A DNA stretch of 64,000 nt from the NCBI GenBank assembly GCA_046116545.1, contig CP175956.1, positions 641,734 through 705,733 on the forward strand, given 5' to 3'. Every line of letters begins with the position of its first letter. Position 1 is the first letter of the stretch. Below the pieces are notes generated by a model that saw only the letters and a list, made by a program, of their open reading frames with translations, was not told where the DNA came from and searched no databases. This DNA comes from Candidatus Moraniibacteriota bacterium. GTDB taxonomy: Bacteria > Patescibacteriota > Minisyncoccia > Moranbacterales > GCA-2747515. The translations under genes were made by a program, and so were the position numbers. Below are positions 9,060-19,435 of this stretch, piece after piece.

Positions 9060-9515
9060 ATGAGTACAAATTATTATGATATTTTAGGAGTTGAAAAGAC
9101 AGCATCTGAGAAGGAAATCAAGATGGCTTTTCGTAAACTCGCACACCAACATCATCCAGATAAGGGTGGGGATGAAAGAAAGTTTAAAGAAATAAATGAA
9201 GCTTATCAAACATTATCAAAAGCTGATAAACGCAAACAATACGATACGTTTGGCAGTGCTTCAACGGGTGGTTTTGGTAATGCGGGAGGTTTTGGAGGAG
9301 CCCAAGGTGGATTTAATAACGCAAGTTATACTCAGTATGCAGATATGTTTTCTCGTCGCAATGGCACAGGTGGTAAAATATTTTCTTTCAAAAGTATACC
9401 TGGATGGGCATGGATATTTTTGTTACCAATTATAATAGTTGTGGCAGCGATTGGTCTTATTTTTGTATTTATGTGGATAGTATTTTCCACTTTTAGAGTT
9501 ACAGTTAATAAATAA
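9060..9515 (+). CDS. J-domain (DnaJ-like) membrane protein
   Basis: YYDILGV...HPDK J-domain with HPD motif, Gly/Phe-rich linker, C-terminal TM helix. Confidence 0.8.
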   Translation: MSTNYYDILGVEKTASEKEIKMAFRKLAHQHHPDKGGDERKFKEINEAYQTLSKADKRKQYDTFGSASTGGFGNAGGFGGAQGGFNNASYTQYADMFSRRNGTGGKIFSFKSIPGWAWIFLLPIIIVVAAIGLIFVFMWIVFSTFRVTVNK

Positions 9516-9517
9516 AT

Positions 9518-9817
9518 ATGAATGACATTCTTTTATATATAATTATATTTTTTGTAATCATGAATGTGGTTGCTTTTTTGATGATGTGGATTGATAAAGG
9601 TAAGGCGAACAAAAAAGGTGCTAACAGAATTTCAGAGGGCATGCTATTTTTTATGGCAACTTTTTTTGGTAGCGTAGGTGTATATTTGGGAATGTTTACT
9701 TTTAGACACAAAACAAGGAAATGGTATTTTATTGTTGGAATTCCATTTATTATATTACAAAATATTATATTTTTACTTTTTATTCATCAGGTATACTTAG
9801 GCAATATTTTTTTATAA
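9518..9817 (+). CDS. DUF1294 family membrane protein
   Basis: WIDKGKANKKGANRISEGMLFFMATFFGSVGVYLGMFTFRHKT matches the DUF1294 pattern. Confidence 0.7.
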   Translation: MNDILLYIIIFFVIMNVVAFLMMWIDKGKANKKGANRISEGMLFFMATFFGSVGVYLGMFTFRHKTRKWYFIVGIPFIILQNIIFLLFIHQVYLGNIFL

Positions 9818-9821
9818 AAAG

Positions 9822-9858
9822 TAAAAACGATATCATTATTAAATAATATCGTTTTTTT
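9822..9858. terminator. bidirectional rho-independent terminator
   Basis: aaaacgatatcattattaaataatatcgttttttt between convergent genes. Confidence 0.7.
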
Positions 9859-9859
9859 G

Positions 9860-10126
9860 TTAGTCTTGTATGCAATTTATCAGTTGTTTTTTTCTGAAAT
9901 TGCTGGTTGAATTCATGTAATTGAAGAATTCGCCTCTTGCCATATAATATTCAGCAGTGTCCCCAAGCTTATCAGAAACATTCAAGGAACTAGCTGTTAT
10001 TGTTAACATATTGCTATTGAAGCAATTATGGTATTCACAGATGAAAAATAATGCTATGAGTGGTGTCATGTTTTCATCAGTGCTTACTAATATATCAATG
10101 AGTTTTTGTGTGTTTATGTCATCCAT
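9860..10126 (-). CDS. hypothetical protein
   Basis: 88 aa; RBS AGAGGT upstream; last gene of a three-gene minus-strand operon. Confidence 0.4.
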   Translation of the reverse strand: MDDINTQKLIDILVSTDENMTPLIALFFICEYHNCFNSNMLTITASSLNVSDKLGDTAEYYMARGEFFNYMNSTSNFRKKQLINCIQD

Positions 10127-10136
10127 AGATATACCT

Positions 10137-10418
10137 CTAAAATAATAATTTTATTTTTCTCTTTTGAGAAGGCGTAATGGCTGGAAGCCAGAAATCACTA
10201 ACTGCCTCTGTAGTTTGCATATAACCATTTAAATTTTCACCAAGAAGCAAAGTTTGTAATATACGACTTTTGCGTGTAATTAATGCATTTCCTTTGCAAT
10301 TTTTTAATTGTGGATGTTTATCAAAAATATATGATATAACATAAATTTCATCACCACATCTTTGTGTGATAGTTGTAATTTTATTATACAACTCAATAAT
10401 TTGTTTATCAGAAAGCAT
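10137..10418 (-). CDS. hypothetical protein
   Basis: Start at internal MLSDKQ preceded by strong AAGGAGT RBS; 4-bp spacing from upstream gene stop. Confidence 0.45.
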   Translation of the reverse strand: MLSDKQIIELYNKITTITQRCGDEIYVISYIFDKHPQLKNCKGNALITRKSRILQTLLLGENLNGYMQTTEAVSDFWLPAITPSQKRKIKLLF

Positions 10419-10422
10419 ATCA

Positions 10423-10956
10423 TTAACTCCTTCTTTTTCTGAGGTTTTTATGAAGCAGTGTTTGTAGTCCTGTCTTACGATCAATAGGTGAATAACTATG
10501 ACATTTAGAACAATATAGTGCAACAAATTGCACACATTTTTCATCCTGTCGATTCTCATACGCTTTAGGTATCCTGGGAATATGACATTTAGGACAGGTA
10601 TGTGTTTGAGTTTGCATTAACTCAAGTAAAATAGTCACACGTTCTTTTAGTCGCATACGCCATTTACCATACATTGAGATATCCTTCATCTCTATGAGAT
10701 AGGGAGGAGTATCTTTGCCAATAATATTTGATACTATTTTAATTTTTCTACTACTATCCAAATCAAATTTATCATAAGCATTAACATAAAGAGGTAAAGT
10801 GACAATGATAGAAATTCCAATAGAATCAAAATTGTTGTAATAAATAATTTTTTTGGAATGATCCGTTGGTTCAAGTCTTAGAAATTGTCCTCCAAAAAGA
10901 ATAGAAAAGAATTCTTTCATATCAGTATTAAAACTTTCTGGATAAAAAATGCACAT
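10423..10956 (-). CDS. hypothetical protein with C-terminal CxxC...CxxC zinc ribbon
   Basis: 177 aa; CPKCH...CSKCH; RBS AAGGAGT upstream. Confidence 0.45.
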   Translation of the reverse strand: MCIFYPESFNTDMKEFFSILFGGQFLRLEPTDHSKKIIYYNNFDSIGISIIVTLPLYVNAYDKFDLDSSRKIKIVSNIIGKDTPPYLIEMKDISMYGKWRMRLKERVTILLELMQTQTHTCPKCHIPRIPKAYENRQDEKCVQFVALYCSKCHSYSPIDRKTGLQTLLHKNLRKRRS

Positions 10957-11094
10957 TTTTTAATACTCCTTAGCATTGGTTTAATGTTAAATTTTGAAAT
11001 AACTATATAACGTATAAATATATAGGTAATTTTATGAATTGTCAATAATAAAAATGCTTATGATATGTTATATCATAAGCATTAAGAAATATTT

Positions 11095-11472
11095 TTATAA
11101 AGAACGTTTAATGAGGATAATGCCAAAAAGTATAAATGTAATGAGAAATAGAAAAAAATTACAAATGAATACTATTGGTACTAGTTTATCTAATAATGCA
11201 GATAGATTATTTGGTAGAATCAATAAAGATTGATCTAGTAATGCAAGACATGCTGTCATGCCAAGCGATGCTATAGCAATCGTTCCCATTGAAAGTAGTG
11301 TGTTTTTGAATTTTTGAAAGTCAGTTTTTGTGGGTGTTTCCAAAAAAAATGAATTAAAAGATTTTTTTGTTTCAAAAATATATGTATAGAGTGCCTTTGA
11401 AGAAGCAATCAAACATACAATTAATAACAAATCTAGCATAAAATCAACTCCTTTTATATTGTTAGTGAACAT
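11095..11472 (-). CDS. hypothetical membrane protein
   Basis: 125 aa, three hydrophobic segments. Confidence 0.4.
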   Translation of the reverse strand: MFTNNIKGVDFMLDLLLIVCLIASSKALYTYIFETKKSFNSFFLETPTKTDFQKFKNTLLSMGTIAIASLGMTACLALLDQSLLILPNNLSALLDKLVPIVFICNFFLFLITFILFGIILIKRSL

Positions 11473-11563
11473 GTATAAGTCAATATATAATAGATTATCC
11501 TGAGTGAAAAGTCAATATAGAAAAGATGTTTAGTTACTTTAATTTTTGTGGTATACTATATAC

Positions 11564-13639
11564 ATGAAACAAAAACAAAATTATTCACAATTATTTAATC
11601 CGCGTTCAATTGCGGTTATAGGAGCAAGTAGCACGAAGGGAAAGGTTGGAAATATGATAGCGCGTAATATTACATCTCATAAATATGATGGTGATGTGTT
11701 TTTTGTGAATCCTAAAAGAGATAAAATACTTGGTAAAAAGTGTTATAAATCATTAATTGATATAAAACAGTCTGTTGATTGTACCATTGTAGTTGTACCT
11801 GGAAAATTTGTTGAACAAGTTATACGTGAGAGTATAGATGTCTGTAAAAATTTTGTTGTTATATCAGCAGGCTTTGGGGAGACTGGAATGAAGGGTCATA
11901 ATATGGAAATGTCATTGAATGCATTAGCCATGAAAGAAAACATAAATATACTAGGACCAAATTGTTTGGGATTTCTTACGCCATCAATTGGTCTTAATGC
12001 TTCATTTGCAGAGGGGCTTCCTGCAGAGGGAAAGACTGCAGTGATATCTCAATCTGGAGCATTAGCAGTTGCAATTATGGATAAAGCCAGAGAAGAAAAT
12101 ATAGGTTTTTCATCTGTTGTATCAATTGGAAATAAAATGCAAATTGGGGCGGCTGAATTAATAGAGTATTTTAGAAAAGATAAAAATACAGATACGATAG
12201 CATTATATTTAGAAGGAGTTAATCGTGGAACATTATTTCTAGAGGCTATTTCAAATGCAGTTAACGATGGTAAGAAAGTTATAATTCTGAAAGCAGGAGT
12301 AACACAAGAAGCACAAGAAGCGATTGCTCTTCATACGGGCTCTTTAGCTGGTAGTGATGATATATTTAGCGCAGCTTTGAAAAAAGTTGGAGGTGTACGA
12401 GCTAATAGTATGAGTGAGTTTTTTGCACTCATTAGATTTGCTCAGCATTATAAGAGTGATATTGATGGAGTAGCTAATATAGGTATAGTCACAAATGCTG
12501 GTGGTCCTGGAGTTTTGGCAACTGATGTAGTTGCTAGTGTTGAAGGAGTTGAAATGAGTAAATTGGAAAAAAATACGAGGGACATTTTAAAAAAGAAGCT
12601 ACCAGAGGCTGCTTCAGTACATAATCCAGTTGATTTACTTGGAGATGCTACATTAGATAGGTATGAGATTGGTATTAAAAAAATGATTTCTGATAAGTCA
12701 GTAGATGTCATTTTAGTATTGCTGACACCACAAGATCAAACTCCAGTTAAAGAGGTGGCTAAGTTGGTGATAGAATTGCAAGCTAAGACAAAGAAATTGA
12801 TTATAACATCCTTCATAGGAGGAGAACGCGTAAGAGGTGCTATCGAAGAGATGAATGCTGGTGGTGTATTACATTTTATATCTCCACGAGTTGCGTTAAC
12901 TGCTGTATCAGCATTTGTGCGTAAGCGTGATGTTTATAATATTGTAAAAAAGCCTGTTTCCAAAGAGCGGTCTGACAAAGTCAGTAAGATTATAGAAAAT
13001 GCTTCAGGACAGGAATCACTATATTTTCAGGAGTGTGCTGATATTGCAAAAATGTATAATATTCCAATGAGTAAATTTTGGGATGTAACAAATGGTTTGG
13101 ATGCTGAAATGAAAATAAAATATCCATGTGTTGTGAAAGTTGATAATCCAAATGTATTACACAAGACTGATAGAGGTGGAGTGCTATTGCCTATAAATAA
13201 CTTAAAAGAATTAATTGAGGCTAGAGAAATCTTATTAAATAGATTTGAAGAAGATGGTACTAGAGTTATTGCACAGCCAATGCTTAAGATAAAGACAGAA
13301 TTGATCATAGGGTTAAAAAGAGATTCAGTTTTTGGAGTTGTGATTGTAGCTGGATTTGGAGGTATATACACGGAGGTGTTTAATAAAGTAAATTTTTACA
13401 TATCACCATTGACCACGTCAGAAATAAAAAATACTTTACGAAGTGGTGCATTAAGTTTTTTATTTGATGGAACTCGTGGAGAGGAAAGTTATAATTTGAA
13501 TTCTATAGCAGATATCATATACAATATGGCACTTATGGGGAGTGAAAATTCAAAAATCGTAGCGATAGATATAAATCCACTCCTTGTGTATAACGATGAT
13601 AAACCAGACGTAGCGGTTGATTTTAAAATTGTATTGTAA
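11564..13639 (+). CDS. acetate--CoA ligase (ADP-forming), fused alpha/beta domains
   Basis: CoA-binding/succinyl-CoA-synthetase-like N-terminal domains plus C-terminal ATP-grasp; ATG at 11564 preferred over upstream TTG; extended -10 TGgTATACT ends 7 nt before the ATG (possible leaderless). Confidence 0.8.
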   Translation: MKQKQNYSQLFNPRSIAVIGASSTKGKVGNMIARNITSHKYDGDVFFVNPKRDKILGKKCYKSLIDIKQSVDCTIVVVPGKFVEQVIRESIDVCKNFVVISAGFGETGMKGHNMEMSLNALAMKENINILGPNCLGFLTPSIGLNASFAEGLPAEGKTAVISQSGALAVAIMDKAREENIGFSSVVSIGNKMQIGAAELIEYFRKDKNTDTIALYLEGVNRGTLFLEAISNAVNDGKKVIILKAGVTQEAQEAIALHTGSLAGSDDIFSAALKKVGGVRANSMSEFFALIRFAQHYKSDIDGVANIGIVTNAGGPGVLATDVVASVEGVEMSKLEKNTRDILKKKLPEAASVHNPVDLLGDATLDRYEIGIKKMISDKSVDVILVLLTPQDQTPVKEVAKLVIELQAKTKKLIITSFIGGERVRGAIEEMNAGGVLHFISPRVALTAVSAFVRKRDVYNIVKKPVSKERSDKVSKIIENASGQESLYFQECADIAKMYNIPMSKFWDVTNGLDAEMKIKYPCVVKVDNPNVLHKTDRGGVLLPINNLKELIEAREILLNRFEEDGTRVIAQPMLKIKTELIIGLKRDSVFGVVIVAGFGGIYTEVFNKVNFYISPLTTSEIKNTLRSGALSFLFDGTRGEESYNLNSIADIIYNMALMGSENSKIVAIDINPLLVYNDDKPDVAVDFKIVL

Positions 13640-13646
13640 AAAATAT

Positions 13647-14711
13647 ATGACATTACAAAATAAAAGAAACGATTTATTAAACACTGAAGATGCATACGAC
13701 GATAATGCATTAGATTTATTTGATAAATACAGTGTAACAATTGATGAAGATAATCCAGTTGAAATTAATGCTGATTTAAGTATTGAAAATGAATTAGAAG
13801 AGCAAAAGGAGCCGCTAGTACAAGAAGAAGTTATAGTTAAATCGGAAGAATCAATAAACTCTACAAAAAGTGAGATTAATGAAAAAAATGATGACACCGA
13901 ATCAATAAATAATATTTCTGTATCTGAGACTAATGAAGATGAAGCACCTATTCATGCAATAGCGCCCGTTAGAGATAATTATAATTCGGTTTCAAAACAG
14001 TTGGATACACATAATGTAATAGTTACTCAACAAGAAGAATCTGTCTATGAGGCTTCTGCTTCAACTAATGGCGTAAAAACTGAAAAAGAAAAAACTATAA
14101 AAAGGAGTTATACGGGGGATGTTGAGAAGTTTTTGGATAATAATATTCATGTAGATCCTAGTAAAAAAACAATACTTATTGTTGATGATGATATTGATAC
14201 ATTGGAGATGTATGCAGATGTATTTACAAATGCTAATTATAATGTTTTGAGAGCAGCTGATGGATTAGAGGCTATACATGTTCTATCAAATAATATTCCA
14301 CATATTATATTTACTGGAATTGTTATGCCTAGGATGGATGGTTTTGAAATGATGCAAGCATTGAAACAGGATAAACGTACGGAAGGAATTCCTGTTATTA
14401 TTAATTCTCATTTAGGGAGAGATACCGATAAAAAACAAGCTCAGGAGTTGGGTGCAAAAGATTTTATAATAAGAGGATTTACGCAGCCAAAAGAAGTATT
14501 GGAGAGAGTGGGAGCATTACTACTACATAGTGAATATGTAATACATTTTGATTCACAAGATGAAGATATTGTAAGGTTGGCAAATGATTTGGGAACATCA
14601 GACTTTTTACACTGTCCACAAGGTCAGCGAATGGTTTTAAAAATTCATATTGATGATGAGCAAAACTTAACTTTTTCAGCTAGATTTAGTTGTGTGGATG
14701 ATAAAAAATAG
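13647..14711 (+). CDS. response-regulator receiver-domain protein with acidic N-terminal region and unknown C-terminal domain
   Basis: KKTILIVDDDIDTLEMY...VMPRMDGFEMMQALKQ CheY-like receiver with conserved D/D/K positions. Confidence 0.7.
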   Translation: MTLQNKRNDLLNTEDAYDDNALDLFDKYSVTIDEDNPVEINADLSIENELEEQKEPLVQEEVIVKSEESINSTKSEINEKNDDTESINNISVSETNEDEAPIHAIAPVRDNYNSVSKQLDTHNVIVTQQEESVYEASASTNGVKTEKEKTIKRSYTGDVEKFLDNNIHVDPSKKTILIVDDDIDTLEMYADVFTNANYNVLRAADGLEAIHVLSNNIPHIIFTGIVMPRMDGFEMMQALKQDKRTEGIPVIINSHLGRDTDKKQAQELGAKDFIIRGFTQPKEVLERVGALLLHSEYVIHFDSQDEDIVRLANDLGTSDFLHCPQGQRMVLKIHIDDEQNLTFSARFSCVDDKK

Positions 14712-14774
14712 TTGTTTTTTGTAGATGATTGAGTTATTATATATTCAATAATTATTTTTATAGGAGGAGGGTTA

Positions 14775-14996
14775 ATGGAATCAAATAATGTATCATTTGA
14801 AAAGTTTGTTGAGACCGTTGTAAGTATTTTAGATTCGGTTTCTAAGAAAAGAAAAGAACTTAAGGGTGAGAGTGATGAAGAGTTTTTAAAAAGCACATTT
14901 GAAACAATAAAAAAACGTAAGGGCTACGTTGAAATGTCAGATGCTACATTAACAGGTGAAACAATGCGAGCACAGTTGAAGGTGTATGAATGGTAA
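14775..14996 (+). CDS. small hypothetical protein
   Basis: 73 aa; strong RBS AGGAGGAGGG upstream. Confidence 0.4.
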   Translation: MESNNVSFEKFVETVVSILDSVSKKRKELKGESDEEFLKSTFETIKKRKGYVEMSDATLTGETMRAQLKVYEW

Positions 14997-15054
14997 TTAA
15001 CTGGATGGAATATATAAATATCCCATCTTTTTATTTTATGTTACAATAATCAGT

Positions 15055-16752
15055 ATGCAAAAAAAATGGAATGTAAAAAAATACATTAATGATTCTATAG
15101 ATGGAATTGATAATGAAATCATAGAACAATTGTTGTTACAAAAAGACATTACATCAAAAGAAGATGCAATGAATTTTTTTACACCAAATTATGATGAACT
15201 TCATGATGCTTTTTTATTTGAGGATATGGATAAGGTTGTTGAGCGTGTAGAAAAGGCAATTAAAAATCAAGAAATAATAGGAATATTTGGTGACCATGAT
15301 GCTGATGGAGTAAGTAGTGCTACTGTACTTGTTGAGGGATTAGAAAAATTAGGTTTGAATGTAGATGTTTATATACCTAATAAAATTACAGAAGGTCACG
15401 GTATAAATAAAAAGGCTATTGATGAGTTTGTTGCCATTGGAGTCACTTTAATGTTCAGTGTTGATTGCGGAACTTCAAATGTTGATGAAGTTGATTATAC
15501 AAATGAGCAGGGGTTAGATGTTATAATAACGGACCATCATCATGCTCCTGACACTCTACCAAATGCTTATGCAATTATAAATCCACAATTACCTAAATGT
15601 AAGTATCCATTTAAAAATTTATCAGGAACAGCAGTCGCATTTAAAGTTGTGGAAGCACTATTTGATAGGATTGCACCAGAGAAATCTGAACAGTTAAAAT
15701 GGTTACTTGATGTCGTATGTGTAGGAACAATAGCTGATTGCATGCCATTAGTTGGTGAAAATAGGACACTTGTTAAATATGGACTTATAGTTTTATCAAA
15801 AACTCAGAGATTGGGTTATCAGGAGATGTGCAATGTGGGTAATATAGCTATAAATAATGGAAGTATTCCATCAGCAACTACAGTAGCCTTTCAAATTGCT
15901 CCTAGGATTAATGCAGCAGGTAGAATGAGTCATGCAAAGTATGCATTTGAGCTTATGCGTGAAACTGATAAGTCACTAGCAATCAAACAAGCTCAAGAAC
16001 TAGAAAAGCAAAATTTACAAAGACGAGAAATAACAGAATTACTAACAGCCGAGGTAGAACAAATAATAGAAAAGGATCATAAGGATAAGTCTTTTATAGT
16101 AATAGCAGATAGAAATTACCCAGTTGGGATAGTGGGGATAATAGCAGGGAGAGTTGCTCAGAAATATGGTAAACCAACAGGTATTTTTACAAAGTATGAC
16201 AATGAAAGTAGAGGGTCTTTTCGAAGTGTAGAAGGTGTACATATATTAGATGTATTAAATGCATGTAGTGAGCATCTGGGTAAGTTTGGAGGACATGAAC
16301 AAGCAGCTGGAGCAACTATCCAAAATGATAATTTTGATAATTTTAGCATTGCAGCAAATGAGTTTATAGATGAAAATATAGATTTGAAGAAAAATAAGCA
16401 ATGCCTAACTGCAAATTGTGAGATAACATTTAAGGATATTAGTAGAAAATTATCGACAGAATTACAGAAATTTGAACCATTTGGAGAAAGTAATGAGGAG
16501 CCTGTTTTCATGTTACAAAATCTTGTTATAGATGACATAAGAACTGTGGGTAGCGACAAAAAACATCTTAAATTAAAGTTAGCACAAGAAGGCTTTGCAC
16601 AATCTTATGATGCAATAGGTTTTGGAATTGGTAATTTAATCAATGAACTGAATAGGGGTGATTTAGTTGACGTTGTGGTTAATATTCAAGAGAATGAATG
16701 GATGGGTAATGTAAGTGTGCAGTTTAATATTGTAGACATTATGAAAAAGTAG
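15055..16752 (+). CDS. recJ: single-stranded-DNA-specific exonuclease RecJ
   Basis: DHH motifs (GDHDADG, DHHH) and DHHA1 region. Confidence 0.85.
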   Translation: MQKKWNVKKYINDSIDGIDNEIIEQLLLQKDITSKEDAMNFFTPNYDELHDAFLFEDMDKVVERVEKAIKNQEIIGIFGDHDADGVSSATVLVEGLEKLGLNVDVYIPNKITEGHGINKKAIDEFVAIGVTLMFSVDCGTSNVDEVDYTNEQGLDVIITDHHHAPDTLPNAYAIINPQLPKCKYPFKNLSGTAVAFKVVEALFDRIAPEKSEQLKWLLDVVCVGTIADCMPLVGENRTLVKYGLIVLSKTQRLGYQEMCNVGNIAINNGSIPSATTVAFQIAPRINAAGRMSHAKYAFELMRETDKSLAIKQAQELEKQNLQRREITELLTAEVEQIIEKDHKDKSFIVIADRNYPVGIVGIIAGRVAQKYGKPTGIFTKYDNESRGSFRSVEGVHILDVLNACSEHLGKFGGHEQAAGATIQNDNFDNFSIAANEFIDENIDLKKNKQCLTANCEITFKDISRKLSTELQKFEPFGESNEEPVFMLQNLVIDDIRTVGSDKKHLKLKLAQEGFAQSYDAIGFGIGNLINELNRGDLVDVVVNIQENEWMGNVSVQFNIVDIMKK

Positions 16753-16867
16753 AGTTTTAATATTACATACTTTTCAAAAAATATTTGAAAAAGTTTATAT
16801 TTGTGGTACGGTTTAGTATAGTTTTTTAACAATAACAAATTTATAAATTACAAATAGGAGGAATTAA

Positions 16868-17668
16868 TTGATGAAAAAGGTGACAATGGTTGTTTTGGCG
16901 TTGGTGGTTGGATTAATTAATTCAACTGTTGTGCAAGCAAATGCAAAGGATCAATATCATTTTTGGGATGTGGGAGTTGAATTATCAAATATTGTATATA
17001 AAGAGCCTGGTCGCATGAAAGAGAGTGGAGATATGATAGGAATAACTGGTTCTTATGCATATCATAATAATGTGATGATTAAATTTGAAGGCGTTTTCAA
17101 ATATGGACAAGTAGATTATGATGGAAAATTACAAAATGGAACACCAATTACGCTAAATAATATTGATGATTATATTACAGAAATTCGGGGACTAAGTGGT
17201 TACGATTTTCAAGTGGCTACGACGACGATTACTCCATATATAGGATTAGGCTATAGGTATTTAATTGATACTATGGGATCAGTTTTTATGCATGGATATG
17301 ATAGAGAATCAAATTATTTGTATAGTCCTATAGGGTTAACAACTCTTACCAATTTACAAAATGGATGGTCCGTTGGAGTAATATTGGAATATGATGTTTT
17401 TTGGAGAGGAACTCAAAAAAGTTATATGAGTAATCTACAACATGGTTATAATGATATAAAGAAAGATCAACATAGTGGTTATGGACTCAGAGGATCCATT
17501 AAAATTCAAAAATCTCATTTTTTAATTGAACCCTTTATACGTTATTGGAATATTGGAGATTCTGATATATCCATGCTGACTTCTTATGGAAGTCCAATAG
17601 GAAAATGGTTCTTTGAGCCTAATAATAACTCTACAGAAATTGGATTGAGAGTTATTTGGAGGTTTTAG
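16868..17668 (+). CDS. secreted beta-rich protein, MipA/OmpV-like outer-membrane beta-barrel candidate
   Basis: Signal peptide; aromatic/Gly-rich alternating pattern; C-terminal ...GLRVIWRF ending in Phe as in OM beta-barrels. Confidence 0.45.
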   Translation: MMKKVTMVVLALVVGLINSTVVQANAKDQYHFWDVGVELSNIVYKEPGRMKESGDMIGITGSYAYHNNVMIKFEGVFKYGQVDYDGKLQNGTPITLNNIDDYITEIRGLSGYDFQVATTTITPYIGLGYRYLIDTMGSVFMHGYDRESNYLYSPIGLTTLTNLQNGWSVGVILEYDVFWRGTQKSYMSNLQHGYNDIKKDQHSGYGLRGSIKIQKSHFLIEPFIRYWNIGDSDISMLTSYGSPIGKWFFEPNNNSTEIGLRVIWRF

Positions 17669-17815
17669 TTAACAGTTATGCACGCAAGCTCTAACTACAT
17701 ATTATGTAGTTAGAGTTTTATATTTCTTGACTAAAATTTAAATTTAAGGTATTATATAATATTATAGTTTTTTGACAACAACATATTTATCAATTAAAAA
17801 CGTGAGGAGAAAAAA

Positions 17816-18952
17816 GTGAATAAAAGTATACACAAGATCGTGTTAACTGGTCCGCCATGTTCTGGAAAAAGTACAGCTATAAGCAGGGTTGTTGAATTTG
17901 TAAATAGTCTTGGTGTTAGGGCTGTTTCTGCTCCAGAAGCTGCTACAGAATTAAAGATAAATGGAATTACTCCAGAAAATTACAAAGATCCTGCCATGTT
18001 TCAAACTTTTCTTATAGAAAAGCTTTTGTTTAATGAGAGTTTTTTTACGAGAGCTTTACGACATAGTAAGGGTGTTATGGAAAATGGAGGTATTGTAGTT
18101 TGTGACAGAGGTCTTCATGATTGTTTGGCATATTCAGATAAAGAGTCAGTAGAAAGAACTTTGTTCGTACATCATGAGCTGAGTCTTGAAAAAGAAATAA
18201 GTTCAAGATATGCGATGGCTATATTTATGGATGTGGCACCTAAGAAATATTATACGAACCAAAATAATAGTGCTCGAGAAGAAACTTACACGGAGGCACT
18301 TTTACTAGGTTCAAAAACTGCTACTGCCTGGGTTGGACATCCTAACTTAATACTTGTTGGTAATAATTATGATGACTTTGATGGCAAGGTAAATGCTGTT
18401 ATCCAAAATGTTGCTCAGCTGGTAGGTGTGCCAGAGCCGTTAGCTATTGAACGCAAGTATCTTGTTCGCGATAGGCAAAGTATTGTGTTGGAAAAATTTC
18501 TTGAGCGTAAACAAGCGGTGTGTGTTAATATAGTACAGCATTATCTTATCGGCGATGGGGAAGAACGTGTGCGTGCTTGGACTCGTGATAGTGTGACAAC
18601 TTATTTTCATACCAAAAAAAGTAACGAGCCATCTGTCCAGAGAATAAAAACTGAAAAAATTATTTCTCGTGCGAAGTATGAGGAGCTTCTTAGAAGTGCT
18701 GATCCAGAGTGTGCTCCAATTGAAAAAGTTCGACATTACTTTATTGATAATAATCAATATTTTAGGTTAGATACTTTTCCACATAACTCAGGAGCACATT
18801 TGCTAGAAGTACAACCAACAACTGAGCAAGAGCATATAACTTTACCAGATTGTCTAAGTTGCTGTGCTATTGAGGTAACGGATGAGGCTATGTATTACAA
18901 CTATAATATTGCTAGAGAACTAGAAAAACAAAGGAGGTTAGTAAATGAATGA
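17816..18952 (+). CDS. P-loop nucleoside/NMN-kinase-like ATPase fused to CYTH (triphosphate tunnel) domain
   Basis: N-terminal GPPCSGKST Walker A (AAA_28/NadR-kinase-like); C-terminal begins AIERKYLVRD, the CYTH EIERKFLV signature, with downstream acidic/basic tunnel residues. Confidence 0.6.
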   Translation: MNKSIHKIVLTGPPCSGKSTAISRVVEFVNSLGVRAVSAPEAATELKINGITPENYKDPAMFQTFLIEKLLFNESFFTRALRHSKGVMENGGIVVCDRGLHDCLAYSDKESVERTLFVHHELSLEKEISSRYAMAIFMDVAPKKYYTNQNNSAREETYTEALLLGSKTATAWVGHPNLILVGNNYDDFDGKVNAVIQNVAQLVGVPEPLAIERKYLVRDRQSIVLEKFLERKQAVCVNIVQHYLIGDGEERVRAWTRDSVTTYFHTKKSNEPSVQRIKTEKIISRAKYEELLRSADPECAPIEKVRHYFIDNNQYFRLDTFPHNSGAHLLEVQPTTEQEHITLPDCLSCCAIEVTDEAMYYNYNIARELEKQRRLVNE

Positions 18953-19427
18953 GAATGTAACTGTGGGCACAAGACATGCTTTAGATTTATTGGATGTCAG
19001 GTTTATAACAGATGATTTTTCTCCAAATAGCATCAAGACAGATAATGCTATTATGTTTGAAACTGTTATGCCATTTTTTGATGCATTGATAGATCAATAT
19101 TTTATCGAATGTGTAGATGAGGAAGCGCAATTGTACAAAGTGACAAATAGAGGTCGCTTTATAATTTCTATGGATGATGCTGATATTGTTGAAGATGTAA
19201 TTTTGACAGATAATCAGAAAAAAACATTGATCATAATGTCATTGATGGATGGAAAAGTATCTTCTGCAGATAATTCGTTCAATCCTCATCAATTTTGTGA
19301 TTTTGAAGATTTAATTACTAAGAAATTTGTCATGACAGACAGGGATTCTGATAACTGGTATCCATTTGTCTTCTGGCTTTCGAAAAAAGGTGAACAGTTT
19401 GCAAAGAAACATTGTATTATTTTGTGA
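18945..19427 (+). CDS. hypothetical protein translationally coupled to the kinase-CYTH gene
   Basis: ATGAATGAG start overlaps upstream stop by 8 nt; 160 aa; followed by strong terminator. Confidence 0.45.
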   Translation: MNENVTVGTRHALDLLDVRFITDDFSPNSIKTDNAIMFETVMPFFDALIDQYFIECVDEEAQLYKVTNRGRFIISMDDADIVEDVILTDNQKKTLIIMSLMDGKVSSADNSFNPHQFCDFEDLITKKFVMTDRDSDNWYPFVFWLSKKGEQFAKKHCIIL

Positions 19428-19435
19428 AATAATAC

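Noticed and set aside
12448-13371. Minus-strand ORFs inside the acetyl-CoA synthetase gene (12448-12711, 13027-13371)
   Set aside because: Antisense frames within a well-supported long coding region, with no independent support.
18945-18952. Alternative genetic code with UGA as Gly, as in Gracilibacteria or SR1
   Set aside because: TGA terminates the kinase-CYTH ORF in an ATGA start/stop overlap and also ends the Excalibur gene (33406-33408). Full-length housekeeping ORFs close with TAA or TAG without in-frame TGA, so standard code 11 fits.
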